This document shows, piece by piece, positions 1-9,347 of a DNA stretch of 64,000 nt. How positions within the stretch are numbered: the first letter of the stretch is position 1; the number at the start of each line of letters is the position of its first letter. The stretch lies in the NCBI GenBank assembly GCA_900316645.1, contig ONDP01000007.1, forward strand, positions 4,893-68,892, in the 5' to 3' direction. The position numbers and the translations under genes were made by a program. The notes under the pieces were generated by a model. That model saw nothing but the letters and a program-made list of their open reading frames with translations. It did no database searches and was not told where the DNA came from. The DNA comes from an uncultured Prevotellaceae bacterium. GTDB taxonomy: Bacteria; Bacteroidota; Bacteroidia; Bacteroidales; Bacteroidaceae.

Positions 1-66
1 CAGGAAGGCAAGGCTACGCCTCAGCTCATTCCAGCACCCAACAGTAAACAAAAACAGGCTGCATAA
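1..66 (+). CDS. 3' end of an upstream CDS, partial, product unknown
   Basis: Frame 1 reads QEGKATPQLIPAPNSKQKQAA then TAA at 64-66, converging on the next gene. Too short to identify. Confidence 0.4.
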   Translation, partial: QEGKATPQLIPAPNSKQKQAA

Positions 67-81
67 GAAAAGAATTCGTAG

Positions 82-372
82 TCAGGAGAAGCGGATATCC
101 ACAATGATCTGCTCTCCTACTACGTCGTTCAATTTCTTCACCAGTTCGCTACGCATCATAGAGAGGTCGGAGCGAAGGGCAGGATTAGAAAGACGAACGA
201 AAAGCGTCTGGTTATAGATATAGATGTTCAACGTATAACGGGCTATCCCAGGGCCTGCAACCTGGGGCCATGCCTCAACGAGCCGCTTCTGTTTCAGAGG
301 CGTTTCCAATCCTTGTTCACGCAACGTGCGCAGAAGGACATCTCGGAGTGATTCTACTTTCTGCCTAAACAT
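82..372 (-). CDS. DUF721/DciA-family protein
   Basis: 96 aa with a W..VAG..IA..T pattern and C-terminal DIRF. Overlaps the recF stop, the usual recF-DUF721 arrangement. Confidence 0.8.
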   Translation of the reverse strand: MFRQKVESLRDVLLRTLREQGLETPLKQKRLVEAWPQVAGPGIARYTLNIYIYNQTLFVRLSNPALRSDLSMMRSELVKKLNDVVGEQIIVDIRFS

Positions 373-1492
373 TTTTCTCTGTTATTTCTCCGTTATCAAC
401 ATAGAATATCTTATAATCGAGCGCACTTGCCTTCAGTATCTGATCCAAGTGGTCGCGATTGGTGTCTGTTATAAATATCTGTCCAAAGGCATCACCCGAG
501 ACAAGTCGTACAATTTGCTCCACACGCTCGGCATCCAACTTATCGAAGATATCGTCCAAAAGCAAAAGTGGTGTGGTTTGCGAGGCTGTGCGCTTGAGGA
601 AATCAAACTGTGCCAGTTTCAGGGCAATGGCATAGGTCTTGTTTTGTCCCTGCGAGCCCTCACGTTTCATCAGATGACCATCCAGCGTAAACTCCAAATC
701 GTCACGATGGACACCATGTAACGAGAAGCCTACAGCCAAGTCCTTATGACGATCACGCTGAATGACCTCCAACAGCGGACCACGCTGACAATGAGAGGTA
801 TAGTTAAGCCCTACCGTTTCACGTCCTGACGATATCTGATTGTAGAACTGCTGGAAGAGCGGTATCAACTCCTGTACAAAGGCATTGCGCTTTTGGTAAA
901 TCACCTCGCCTGACTCCGCCATCTGCTCTTCCCATATCTGCAGGAGCATAGGATCGGGGGCAGGATCTTCCTGTTTCAGAAGGGTGTTGCGTTGCTGGTG
1001 GGCATTATTATAGCGAGAGAGTGCTTCGATATAAGAACGGTCGTATTGCGAAATCACCATATCCATCAGTCGGCGACGTTCCTCGCTGCTGCCTTCAATC
1101 AGCATCGTATCGGAAGGCGAGACCACCACAAGAGGTATCAGTCCGATATGCTCTGACAGGCGCTTATATTCCTTTTTATTACGCTTGAAATGTTTCTTGA
1201 CACCCCGCTTCATACCACAGGAGATGAGAAGCTGCTGGCTATCGCCAATGGGATGTTGGCTATCAGACTCATATTCGCCCTCAATGACACAGAATGGTTC
1301 TTCGTGACGAATCACCTGAGAATCAATAGGATTAGAGGCAGAGCGACAGAACGACAAATAATAGACAGCATCAAGCACATTGGTCTTGCCCACCCCATTG
1401 TGCCCGATGAAACAATTAATCTTTGGCGAAAGCTCCAAAGAAGCCTCGCGAATGTTCTTATAATTGAGTATAGAGAGTCTTCGGAGTATCAT
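365..1492 (-). CDS. recF: DNA replication and repair protein RecF
   Basis: Walker A GHNGVGKTN, SQGQ signature, LLLLDD Walker B. Start set at ATG 1492 (MILRRL), just after a TACCTTTG box at 1507-1500. Confidence 0.95.
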   Translation of the reverse strand: MILRRLSILNYKNIREASLELSPKINCFIGHNGVGKTNVLDAVYYLSFCRSASNPIDSQVIRHEEPFCVIEGEYESDSQHPIGDSQQLLISCGMKRGVKKHFKRNKKEYKRLSEHIGLIPLVVVSPSDTMLIEGSSEERRRLMDMVISQYDRSYIEALSRYNNAHQQRNTLLKQEDPAPDPMLLQIWEEQMAESGEVIYQKRNAFVQELIPLFQQFYNQISSGRETVGLNYTSHCQRGPLLEVIQRDRHKDLAVGFSLHGVHRDDLEFTLDGHLMKREGSQGQNKTYAIALKLAQFDFLKRTASQTTPLLLLDDIFDKLDAERVEQIVRLVSGDAFGQIFITDTNRDHLDQILKASALDYKIFYVDNGEITEKNV

Positions 1493-1499
1493 TTGAGTG

Positions 1500-1589
1500 C
1501 AAAGGTACACTTTTTAAGGTTATTTCGCAAAGGCGGCAGCAAATTTTTCACTTTTCACTATTCACTTTTCACTTTTTTTCGTATCTTTG
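1500..1589. promoter_or_regulatory. Divergent Bacteroidota sigma70 promoters for recF and the TPR-ribH operon
   Basis: -7 boxes TACCTTTG (minus strand, 1507-1500) and TATCTTTG (plus strand, 1582-1589) match TAnnTTTG. Confidence 0.7.
1533..1575 (-). repeat. 43-bp dispersed element, (GTGAAAA)n plus AATTTGCTGCCGC, copy 1
   Basis: Reverse complement AAAGTGAAAAGTGAATAGTGAAAAGTGAAAAATTTGCTGCCGC matches 56051-56093 at 41/43 positions. Confidence 0.85.
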
Positions 1590-1631
1590 CACCCGATTTA
1601 TGTACGAACAATAAATAAAGAAACAAAAATA

Positions 1632-2288
1632 ATGGCAAACAAAAACCAACAAACCGCCCCTGAAGTACAGGAGCAGGTAAACAAAGCAGAAGCCTTCTTC
1701 GAGAAATACAAGAAGGCAATTATCATTTGCGTCGTAGCACTCATTCTGATTGTAGTAGGCGCTATTCTTTTTAACAATTACTACCTTGAGCCCCGTGAAA
1801 ACGAGGCAAGTACGGAACTCGCCAAGAGCCAGGAGCTGTTCGCTCAGGATCAGTTCGACAAGGCACTCGCAGGTTTCCAGAAGGTAGCTAACGAGTACGG
1901 TTCAACAGAAGCCGGCAACCTGGCTCAGCTCTACATTGGTCTCTGTCAGGCCAATCTGGGCAAATGGCAGGAGGCTGTCAATGCTCTGGAAAGCTTCAGT
2001 GGCAAGGACGACGCTATGATTTCTCCAGCTGCCGAGGGTGCACTGGGTAATGCATACGCTAATCTGAACCAGCTCGACAAGGCTGTAGAGCACTTGAAGA
2101 AAGCTGCTAAGATGGCAGACAACAATTCGCTGTCACCAACATTCTTGATTCAGGCTGGTGAGATTTTGGAGAGCCAGGGTAAGAAAGACGAGGCTCTGAA
2201 ACTCTATCAGGAAGTGAAGGAGAAGTACTTCAACTCTATGCAGTATCAGACGATTGACGAATACATCGAACGTGCATCTGCTAAATAA
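1632..2288 (+). CDS. Membrane-anchored tetratricopeptide repeat protein (YfgM-like)
   Basis: Single TM helix followed by TPR helices. Position upstream of ribH is typical of Bacteroidales. Confidence 0.8.
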   Translation: MANKNQQTAPEVQEQVNKAEAFFEKYKKAIIICVVALILIVVGAILFNNYYLEPRENEASTELAKSQELFAQDQFDKALAGFQKVANEYGSTEAGNLAQLYIGLCQANLGKWQEAVNALESFSGKDDAMISPAAEGALGNAYANLNQLDKAVEHLKKAAKMADNNSLSPTFLIQAGEILESQGKKDEALKLYQEVKEKYFNSMQYQTIDEYIERASAK

Positions 2289-2758
2289 TGGCAACCAAGA
2301 ATCTTTCTGAATATAACGCAGCCAAAGTGCCCGATGCCTCGAATATGACATTCGGCATTGTGGTGTCGGAATGGAATCCCGATGTAACAGGAGCACTTCT
2401 GGAAGGGTGTGTCAATACGTTGGAAAAGCACGGCGCTCTGCCTGAGAACATCCACGTAAAGACAGTGCCTGGCTCGTTTGAGCTCATCTACGGAGCCCGC
2501 CAGTTGACACTGAACGACGGTTACGATGCAGTGATTATCCTCGGATGTGTTATTCGTGGCGAGACACCTCACTTCGACTACATCTGTCAGGGCGTCACAC
2601 AGGGCATTGCCCGTCTGAATGCTACTAACAACATTCCTGTGGTCTTCGGACTGCTGACTACCGAGAATATGCAACAAGCATTGGATCGGGCTGGCGGACG
2701 CTTAGGCAACAAAGGTGATGAGTGTGCAGTAGTGGCCATAAAAATGGCAAAGTTCTAA
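2288..2758 (+). CDS. ribH: 6,7-dimethyl-8-ribityllumazine synthase
   Basis: [22 protein letters not shown] and GNKG motifs; 156 aa. Confidence 0.97.
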   Translation: MATKNLSEYNAAKVPDASNMTFGIVVSEWNPDVTGALLEGCVNTLEKHGALPENIHVKTVPGSFELIYGARQLTLNDGYDAVIILGCVIRGETPHFDYICQGVTQGIARLNATNNIPVVFGLLTTENMQQALDRAGGRLGNKGDECAVVAIKMAKF

Positions 2759-2784
2759 TGTTTCACCAAATAACATCAACGACT

Positions 2785-3198
2785 ATGAAACTGACCTCAA
2801 AGAAAATGATGGCTATCATCGGATTAATGGCAGCCATGCTGTTTGCACCAGTATTGCAGACAAATGCACAGGACATTCCCTCCATTCCCCGTAAAAGTTC
2901 AACAACTAAAACGGTGAAGGCAAAGAAAAGGAACGCTAACGTGGTATGGGGCACTGAGTTTGACTATCTCTCAACCCGTTACATCAGTTTCGCTGACATC
3001 AAGGACTATGACCGTGGGCAGATTCGTGTATTGAAGAACTCCATCTATGCTCGTCACGGACGCATTTTCAAGGATGCTGAACTGCGTGACTATTTCAATC
3101 AGCAGAGCTGGTATCGTGGAACGCGCAAGGAGATTCCCGCAGGTGAGTTTAACAAATACGAGAATGCCAATATCGCATTCCTATTAAAGTACGAATAA
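2785..3198 (+). CDS. Secreted YARHG-domain protein
   Basis: Signal peptide, KNSIYARHGRIF motif, YFNQQSWY and E..NI..L..YE ending. Confidence 0.85.
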   Translation: MKLTSKKMMAIIGLMAAMLFAPVLQTNAQDIPSIPRKSSTTKTVKAKKRNANVVWGTEFDYLSTRYISFADIKDYDRGQIRVLKNSIYARHGRIFKDAELRDYFNQQSWYRGTRKEIPAGEFNKYENANIAFLLKYE

Positions 3199-3980
3199 TG
3201 AGAAACATTCATAAAACAGCAGCTACACTGGCAGGATTGGTCAGTGTAGCTGTTATACTTTTTACTTCTACCCCAGCCTCTGCACAGTCATCTACTCCCC
3301 AGGGGGCTCAGATTCTGACAAAAGTCTATCCGGACTTTGTCAAGGGGTATGAGAACGGCTATCTGTTGATGGCTGACGGTACGAAGATGCAGTATGATGA
3401 CGGACGACAGAAGTCGTTCGAACAGAAGCTGGACGATGCCGATCCAGAGGACATGTTTGCCTTCAAGTATGATCGCCGTTCGTGGACACCAGCATATCTG
3501 CAGGATGCTGGACGCAGTCGGTGTGAACAACTCTTCAAGAAGATGTATGGCAAATCGGCTGCAGAAGTCAGGAAGCATCTTATCAGTGTTCCCTGGTTTG
3601 GCGAGAAAGTATTGTTTACCACTATCAATGGTGCAGCAGACAGTCTTCGCGCTGTTGCCAAAGAACTGGAGAAACACCCTGAATTACATTCCTATTTGAA
3701 GTCGTCGGGCTCATTCTACTGGCGTAAGGTAAGGGGAGCCAATCGTCAGAGTGCCCACAGCTATGGCATGACCATCGACATTGCCGTTGCCAAGAGCGAC
3801 TACTGGTTGTGGAAGAATCCCGGCAAGAAAGAGACTGAGAAGATTGTCTATGCAAACCGATTCCCCAAGGAACTGGTTCTGATATTCGAGAAACATGGCT
3901 TTATCTGGGGCGGGCGCTGGTATCACTATGACACCATGCATTTTGAGTTCCGTCCTGAGATTCTGGCTGCTAACCCATAA
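3198..3980 (+). CDS. M15-family Zn peptidoglycan peptidase
   Basis: Signal peptide; SAHSYGMTID (SxHxxGxxxD) and WGGRWYHYDTMHFE motifs. Confidence 0.85.
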   Translation: MRNIHKTAATLAGLVSVAVILFTSTPASAQSSTPQGAQILTKVYPDFVKGYENGYLLMADGTKMQYDDGRQKSFEQKLDDADPEDMFAFKYDRRSWTPAYLQDAGRSRCEQLFKKMYGKSAAEVRKHLISVPWFGEKVLFTTINGAADSLRAVAKELEKHPELHSYLKSSGSFYWRKVRGANRQSAHSYGMTIDIAVAKSDYWLWKNPGKKETEKIVYANRFPKELVLIFEKHGFIWGGRWYHYDTMHFEFRPEILAANP

Positions 3981-3995
3981 TATATAAATAAGGTA

Positions 3996-4748
3996 ATGAA
4001 ACTGATTTCATGGAACGTCAATGGGCTAAGGGCTTGCGAAGGCAAGGGCTTTAGCGATATCTTCAAGGAGTTGGATGCGGACTTCTTCTGTCTACAGGAG
4101 ACAAAGATGCAGGAAGGACAACTGGACCTGCAGTTTGAAGGTTATCAGTCATACTGGAACTATGCTGAGAAGAAAGGCTACTCTGGTACAGCCATCTTCA
4201 CGAAGCACCAACCGCTGAATGTGACTTATGGCATCGGCATTGAGCAGCACGATCATGAGGGACGTGTTGTCACGCTTGAGATGGGAGATTTTTTCTTGGT
4301 TTGCTGTTATACGCCCAATTCACAGGACGGACTGAAACGACTCGACTACCGAATGTCGTGGGAAGATGATTTCCGTGCCTATCTGAAACAACTCGATGGA
4401 AAGAAACCCGTCATCCTCTGTGGCGATCTGAACGTTGCCCACGAGGAGATAGACCTCAAGAATCCTAAGACAAATAGAATGAATGCAGGATTCACAGACC
4501 AGGAACGACAGAAATTTACCGATCTCCTTGGCAGTGGGTTTATCGATACTTTCCGCACACTCTATCCCGAGCAGGTCACCTATTCATGGTGGTCATACCG
4601 TTTCCAAGCCCGTCAGAAGAATGCTGGTTGGCGCATCGACTATTTCGTCACCAGCGAACGGTTGCGTGAACGCATTGAGGATGCCAAAATCCATACGGAA
4701 ATACTGGGCAGCGACCACTGTCCTGTTGAATTAACGTTAAAAGATTAA
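3996..4748 (+). CDS. xth: Exodeoxyribonuclease III
   Basis: [27 protein letters not shown] and SDHCPV motifs. Confidence 0.95.
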   Translation: MKLISWNVNGLRACEGKGFSDIFKELDADFFCLQETKMQEGQLDLQFEGYQSYWNYAEKKGYSGTAIFTKHQPLNVTYGIGIEQHDHEGRVVTLEMGDFFLVCCYTPNSQDGLKRLDYRMSWEDDFRAYLKQLDGKKPVILCGDLNVAHEEIDLKNPKTNRMNAGFTDQERQKFTDLLGSGFIDTFRTLYPEQVTYSWWSYRFQARQKNAGWRIDYFVTSERLRERIEDAKIHTEILGSDHCPVELTLKD

Positions 4749-4837
4749 AAAAAATAGAACCACGAATTGATTTTCGTTGTATATTTGCCTCGGTTTTTAA
4801 TGAACCACTAAACATGTTTTACTAAAAAGAGAAAGTT

Positions 4838-5419
4838 ATGAAGAAGATTCTTTTAGCAGTGATGGCTGTTGCTGCCATCGGATTTACATCATGTGGTAAC
4901 AAGACTCAGCAGGGTGAAGCTACTGACAGTACTGCCGTTGCAGTCAATACTGCCGACGAAGAGGCTGATGGTGCCATCGCTATGTTGTCAGCTAACCTTG
5001 AGGCCAATGATGCCAGCAAGTTCCAAGAGGCTTTGGAAGCTGTGAAGGCTAAGATTGCTGAGTTTATCAAGTCTGATCCTGAGGCTGCTAAGCAATATGT
5101 TGCTCGCATTCAGGGCTTCCTGAAGGAGAATGCAGACAAGATTAAGAGTGTTGTAGGCGACAATGCCGCTGTGGCTGCTGCCGTTTCTTCAATCGCTGAT
5201 ATTGAGCCCGCCAAGATTGTTGACGGTGTGCTGGAGAAAGTAGGCGACGCTGCTACCGACGCAAAGGATGCTGCTGTTGACGCTGCCAATCAGAAGGTAG
5301 ATGAGGCTAAGCAGGCTGCTACCGACAAGGCCAACGAGGTGAAGGACGCTGCCAAGGAGAAGGCTTCTGGTGCCATTGACGACGCTGCCAACGCTGCCAA
5401 GAAAGGTCTGGGATTGTAA
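4838..5419 (+). CDS. Hypothetical lipoprotein with Ala/Asp/Lys-rich helical repeats
   Basis: Lipobox FTSC. TATATTTG box at 4780-4787. Confidence 0.8.
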   Translation: MKKILLAVMAVAAIGFTSCGNKTQQGEATDSTAVAVNTADEEADGAIAMLSANLEANDASKFQEALEAVKAKIAEFIKSDPEAAKQYVARIQGFLKENADKIKSVVGDNAAVAAAVSSIADIEPAKIVDGVLEKVGDAATDAKDAAVDAANQKVDEAKQAATDKANEVKDAAKEKASGAIDDAANAAKKGLGL

Positions 5420-5450
5420 GAGTTAAGAGTTTAGAGTTTAGAGTTTAGAG
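5417..5450 (+). repeat. Heptamer tandem array (TAGAGTT-like)
   Basis: taagagttaagagtttagagtttagagtttagag begins at the gene's own stop codon. Confidence 0.85.
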
Positions 5451-5461
5451 ACTGGACTCCG

Positions 5462-5529
5462 GATTCACTGAATAAATCAGCCGGTTCGTTGAATGTTTTT
5501 CGCGAACCGGCTTTTTTCGTCTACCTTTG
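5462..5529 (+). promoter_or_regulatory. Promoter with a 21-bp-spaced direct repeat (candidate LytTR site)
   Basis: GATTCACTGAAT (5462-5473) and GGTTCGTTGAAT (5483-5494); -7 box TACCTTTG at 5522-5529. Confidence 0.5.
5479..5517 (+). terminator. Intrinsic terminator-like hairpin
   Basis: AGCCGGTTCG / CGAACCGGCT 10-bp stem followed by a T run. Confidence 0.6.
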
Positions 5530-5570
5530 CGTCATCTACATCACTAGTAATAACGCTAAACGTAATGAAT

Positions 5571-7454
5571 ATGAAAAAGATGATGACAAGTCTGCTGGCT
5601 GCAGCAGCAATGATGGGCATGACGACAGCATGTTCTTCTGACGATCCACTGGGTAGCAGTGGCAGTACAGTGATTAATGGTAATGACGGCAGTGGAAGCG
5701 GTAGCAGTAGTGGGAGCATCTCAGGTAATGGAGGTAGCAGCACTGGAACCTATAGCGAGATGTCAACCTTTACCATTGCTATTGACAAGACAACGGCAGA
5801 GCCTACTGATGTGGCAACTGCACAGTATCCGGAAGAAGGCGATGCACCAAGTTCCAACACCTTCGCCACAAAAGTAAACATCGACATGACCAACCCTGCC
5901 GACCCTCAGGTGGATGGTGTAACGGTGACTGTTGATGGCAATAATGTGACTGTCAATCATGGTAATACCGAGGGTATCTGCTATGTGGTGACGGGAACGA
6001 CGACAGACGGTTCGCTGATAATCAATGGAAAAACAAATTTTGAGCTGAATCTCAGCAATGCCAACATCACCAGTGCTTCAAAGACCGCTATTGACAATGA
6101 ATGTTCCGGTAATGCATATCTTGTGTTAAGTGGCAATAACAAGGTGGCTGACGGAACAACAGAAGACCACAAGGGCACCATCTTCAGTAAGGGGAAACTG
6201 TTGATAAGCGGTGACGGGTCCTTGGAGGTTTATGGAAATTACAAGAACGGCATTCATGGCAAGAGCAACATTGTGATTGACAAAGGTGTCAACCTGTATG
6301 TGAAGGATACTGAGAATAACGGTATTAAAGCAGGTGCAGATATGTTTATCAATGGCGGTATCATCAACGTTGAGGTCTCGGCAGACGGAGGCAAGGCTAT
6401 CAATTGCGACACCAATGTCACCATCAACGGGGGACGTACTACTGTCATTGCGACGGGTAATGGTACATGGGAAGTGGACGAGACCCTCGCCACAGGCGGC
6501 GACACGAAAGCGGCTGCAGGTATCGGCAGCGATGGTATTTTCTATATGAACGGAGGTGAGCTATATGCCAAAGCTACCGGAAGTGGCGGTAAGGGTGTAA
6601 AGGCCGACTTGGAAGCATATATCACAGGCGGTAAGATTCGCATCATCACAGAAGGCGGCCTCTACTATAGCAACGGAACGACAGAAAACCATAATTATAC
6701 TGGTAATACCGACAATCTGGCAAGTGCTTACACTTCTTCACCTAAGGGCATGAAGATTGGTACGAAAGACGATACCGTATCGCCCACAGTCACCTACGGT
6801 GTCCTGAAAATCTCGGGTGGCGACATCATGATACGCACCAGTGGCAACAACGCCGAAGGGATTGAGAGCAAAGGTACATTGGACATCAGCGGAGGAACGA
6901 TGCTGGTTTATGCACACGACGATGCCATCAACTCAACAGGCGATATGACATTCACTGGCGGAACGGTTGTTGCCGTAGGCACTAACAATGATGCCATCGA
7001 TGCAAACGGTGACATGAAGATACAGGGTGGTACGATTATCGCCTGCGGAGCCAATGGCGCAGAGGCGGGTATCGACATCAATGAACAGAAGAAACTCTAT
7101 ATCACAGGAGGGTATCTTTTCGCTATCGGCGGACGTGTGGACGGCAACTTAGGCAGTACCACACAAGGTATTATCACTGCTTCCGGCTCTGTTTCTGCCA
7201 ACAGCACTGTCAGTGTCAGCAACAGCAGCAAGACGCTCTATACCTTCACCATGCCACCAGTTTCATACTCAGGTAACAACACTATCATCATTACAATGCC
7301 CGAATTGACCAGCGGTAGCAGCTATACCCTCACATCTGGTAGCAGTTCTGCCAGCGTGACAGCTTCCAACACCATTAGCAACAGTGGAATGGGCGGTGGC
7401 CCTGGTGGCGCCCCTGGAGGCGGTGGTCCTGGTGGTGGTCCTGGTGGTTGGTAA
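5571..7454 (+). CDS. Carbohydrate-binding beta-helix lipoprotein (Cthe_2159/DUF4353-like)
   Basis: Lipobox TTAC, repeated I.GG.I / D.I.S.G beta-helix rungs, GGPGG-rich C-terminus. Confidence 0.8.
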   Translation: MKKMMTSLLAAAAMMGMTTACSSDDPLGSSGSTVINGNDGSGSGSSSGSISGNGGSSTGTYSEMSTFTIAIDKTTAEPTDVATAQYPEEGDAPSSNTFATKVNIDMTNPADPQVDGVTVTVDGNNVTVNHGNTEGICYVVTGTTTDGSLIINGKTNFELNLSNANITSASKTAIDNECSGNAYLVLSGNNKVADGTTEDHKGTIFSKGKLLISGDGSLEVYGNYKNGIHGKSNIVIDKGVNLYVKDTENNGIKAGADMFINGGIINVEVSADGGKAINCDTNVTINGGRTTVIATGNGTWEVDETLATGGDTKAAAGIGSDGIFYMNGGELYAKATGSGGKGVKADLEAYITGGKIRIITEGGLYYSNGTTENHNYTGNTDNLASAYTSSPKGMKIGTKDDTVSPTVTYGVLKISGGDIMIRTSGNNAEGIESKGTLDISGGTMLVYAHDDAINSTGDMTFTGGTVVAVGTNNDAIDANGDMKIQGGTIIACGANGAEAGIDINEQKKLYITGGYLFAIGGRVDGNLGSTTQGIITASGSVSANSTVSVSNSSKTLYTFTMPPVSYSGNNTIIITMPELTSGSSYTLTSGSSSASVTASNTISNSGMGGGPGGAPGGGGPGGGPGGW

Positions 7455-7487
7455 ACCGATACAATAAATTTGAAATACTTGCGTTAT

Positions 7488-8609
7488 ATGAAATGGATGC
7501 AAGAACAAAAACGACATGAGAATCTGACTTATCTGGCACTGTGGAGCATACTCTTTGCAGTGCCAGTGCTCAGCCTCTATATGCGTTCTGTCAACAGTCC
7601 CGTCTTCGACTTTGAATGGAGAGAGGTTTTCATGATCTGGAAAGTTTTCGGAATCTTCCTCGCTATCTTCCTCGTTCACAATTTCCTCATTGCTCCATTG
7701 TTGGTGTACAAACAACGCCGTGCCCTGTATTTTGGCATCGTCGCTGTTGTCATCGGAGGTTTTATCGTCTTCCAATGCTCTAATCACCCTTCTGAACGGA
7801 GAGCGTTCAACCATGAGCCTCCTCCTTTTGAACAAATGGGGCAACCCCATAGGCAACGACATCATCGTCCGCACGACTTCAAGGAAGACAGACGCCATAG
7901 ACCACCTATGATAGTGGGCCAACATGACATCATTGCCCTCATCATCTTGATTCTGATGTTAGGTATGAACATCGGTATCAAATTATACTTCAAATCGCGC
8001 CATGATGCCAAGCAGTTGATTGCCTTGGAGAAGGAGAATCTGGAACAGCAACTGGAATATCTGAAATATCAGATAAACCCACACTTCTTCATGAACACCC
8101 TCAACAATATCCACGCTTTGGTAGATATTGACCCCGAAAAGGCCAAGAACACCATTGTGGAGTTATCAAAAATGATGCGTTTCATTCTCTATGAAGGCAA
8201 TAAGAAGGGAGTTCCCCTTACTCGTGAATTTGACTTCATTCGCAACTACATCACGCTGATGCAACTGCGCTATACGGATAAGGTGGAGGTGAAAGTGGAA
8301 TTACCCACCGAGGTACCTGACTACGAACTGCCACCACTGATGCTTATCACGTTTATCGAGAATGCCTTCAAGCACGGCATCAGCTATCAGCACGACTCCT
8401 TCGTGCATGTGAAGGTAGGCTTAGAAGGTGCCAAGCTCAGATTCCTATGCCATAACAGCAAGGCAGACAAGCCCAATCAAGAGAAAGGTGGCGTAGGACT
8501 CACAAATGTAAAACAACGGTTGAACTTAATCTATGGTAATAATTTTACACTGAATATACAGGACAATCCTGAAACTTATAAAGTAGAACTTGTAATTCCA
8601 CTCACATGA
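7488..8609 (+). CDS. LytS/YehU-family sensor histidine kinase
   Basis: TM helices, QINPHFFMNTLNNI, ENAFKHG and GGVGLTNV motifs. TAAATTTG box at 7465-7472. Confidence 0.92.
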   Translation: MKWMQEQKRHENLTYLALWSILFAVPVLSLYMRSVNSPVFDFEWREVFMIWKVFGIFLAIFLVHNFLIAPLLVYKQRRALYFGIVAVVIGGFIVFQCSNHPSERRAFNHEPPPFEQMGQPHRQRHHRPHDFKEDRRHRPPMIVGQHDIIALIILILMLGMNIGIKLYFKSRHDAKQLIALEKENLEQQLEYLKYQINPHFFMNTLNNIHALVDIDPEKAKNTIVELSKMMRFILYEGNKKGVPLTREFDFIRNYITLMQLRYTDKVEVKVELPTEVPDYELPPLMLITFIENAFKHGISYQHDSFVHVKVGLEGAKLRFLCHNSKADKPNQEKGGVGLTNVKQRLNLIYGNNFTLNIQDNPETYKVELVIPLT

Positions 8610-9319
8610 TCAGATGTTTGGCTATTGACGATGAGCCACTGGCACTACAGCAGTTGGCTGCATATATCAAGAAAGTTCCGTTCCTTGAACTGGCAGCCCA
8701 GTGCCAAAGTGCATTGGAAGCCCGTCAGTTTCTGGAGCAAGAAACGGTTGACGCTATCTTCTGCGACATCAACATGCCCGACCTTAACGGGATGGATTTC
8801 GTGAAATCATTGGTATCCCCTCCCCTGGTGGTCTTCACGACGGCCTATGCGGAATATGCCATCGAGGGCTTCAAAGTGAATGCGGTTGACTATCTGCTGA
8901 AGCCTTTCGGGCTGCAGGACTTCCAACGGGCAGCCAATCGCCTTAAGGAAAGAATGGTCCCTACCAACGCTACCACACCTACCCCTTCCGACGACACCAT
9001 TTTCGTCAAAACCGAATATCGCATAGTCAAAGTCAAAATAGCAGACATCCGCTTTGTCGAAGCTATGAGCGAATACCTCAAACTACATGTTGAGGGCGAG
9101 GCAAAGCCCATTATCACCCTGCTATCGATGAAGAAAATGGAGGAACGGCTTCCCGACTATTTTATGCGCATCCACCGTTCCTATATCGTCAACCTCAACA
9201 TGATACAGGAAGTCAATAAAAACCGTGTTATTATGGACTCAGACACCTATCTTCCTATCGGAGATATGTATAAAGAGACCTTCCAACAATATCTTGATAC
9301 GAAATTTCTTGGTAAATAA
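8606..9319 (+). CDS. LytTR-family response regulator
   Basis: Receiver DDE, DINMP and YLLKP motifs; LytTR FMRIHRSYIVN; ATGA overlap with the kinase. Confidence 0.93.
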   Translation: MIRCLAIDDEPLALQQLAAYIKKVPFLELAAQCQSALEARQFLEQETVDAIFCDINMPDLNGMDFVKSLVSPPLVVFTTAYAEYAIEGFKVNAVDYLLKPFGLQDFQRAANRLKERMVPTNATTPTPSDDTIFVKTEYRIVKVKIADIRFVEAMSEYLKLHVEGEAKPIITLLSMKKMEERLPDYFMRIHRSYIVNLNMIQEVNKNRVIMDSDTYLPIGDMYKETFQQYLDTKFLGK

Positions 9320-9347
9320 AGAGATTTTCTGTAACTTTGCCATCGCA

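Noticed and set aside
7390-7451. GGT/GGC/CCT repeats at the end of the Cthe_2159-like gene
   Set aside because: They encode an ordinary GGPGG low-complexity tail.
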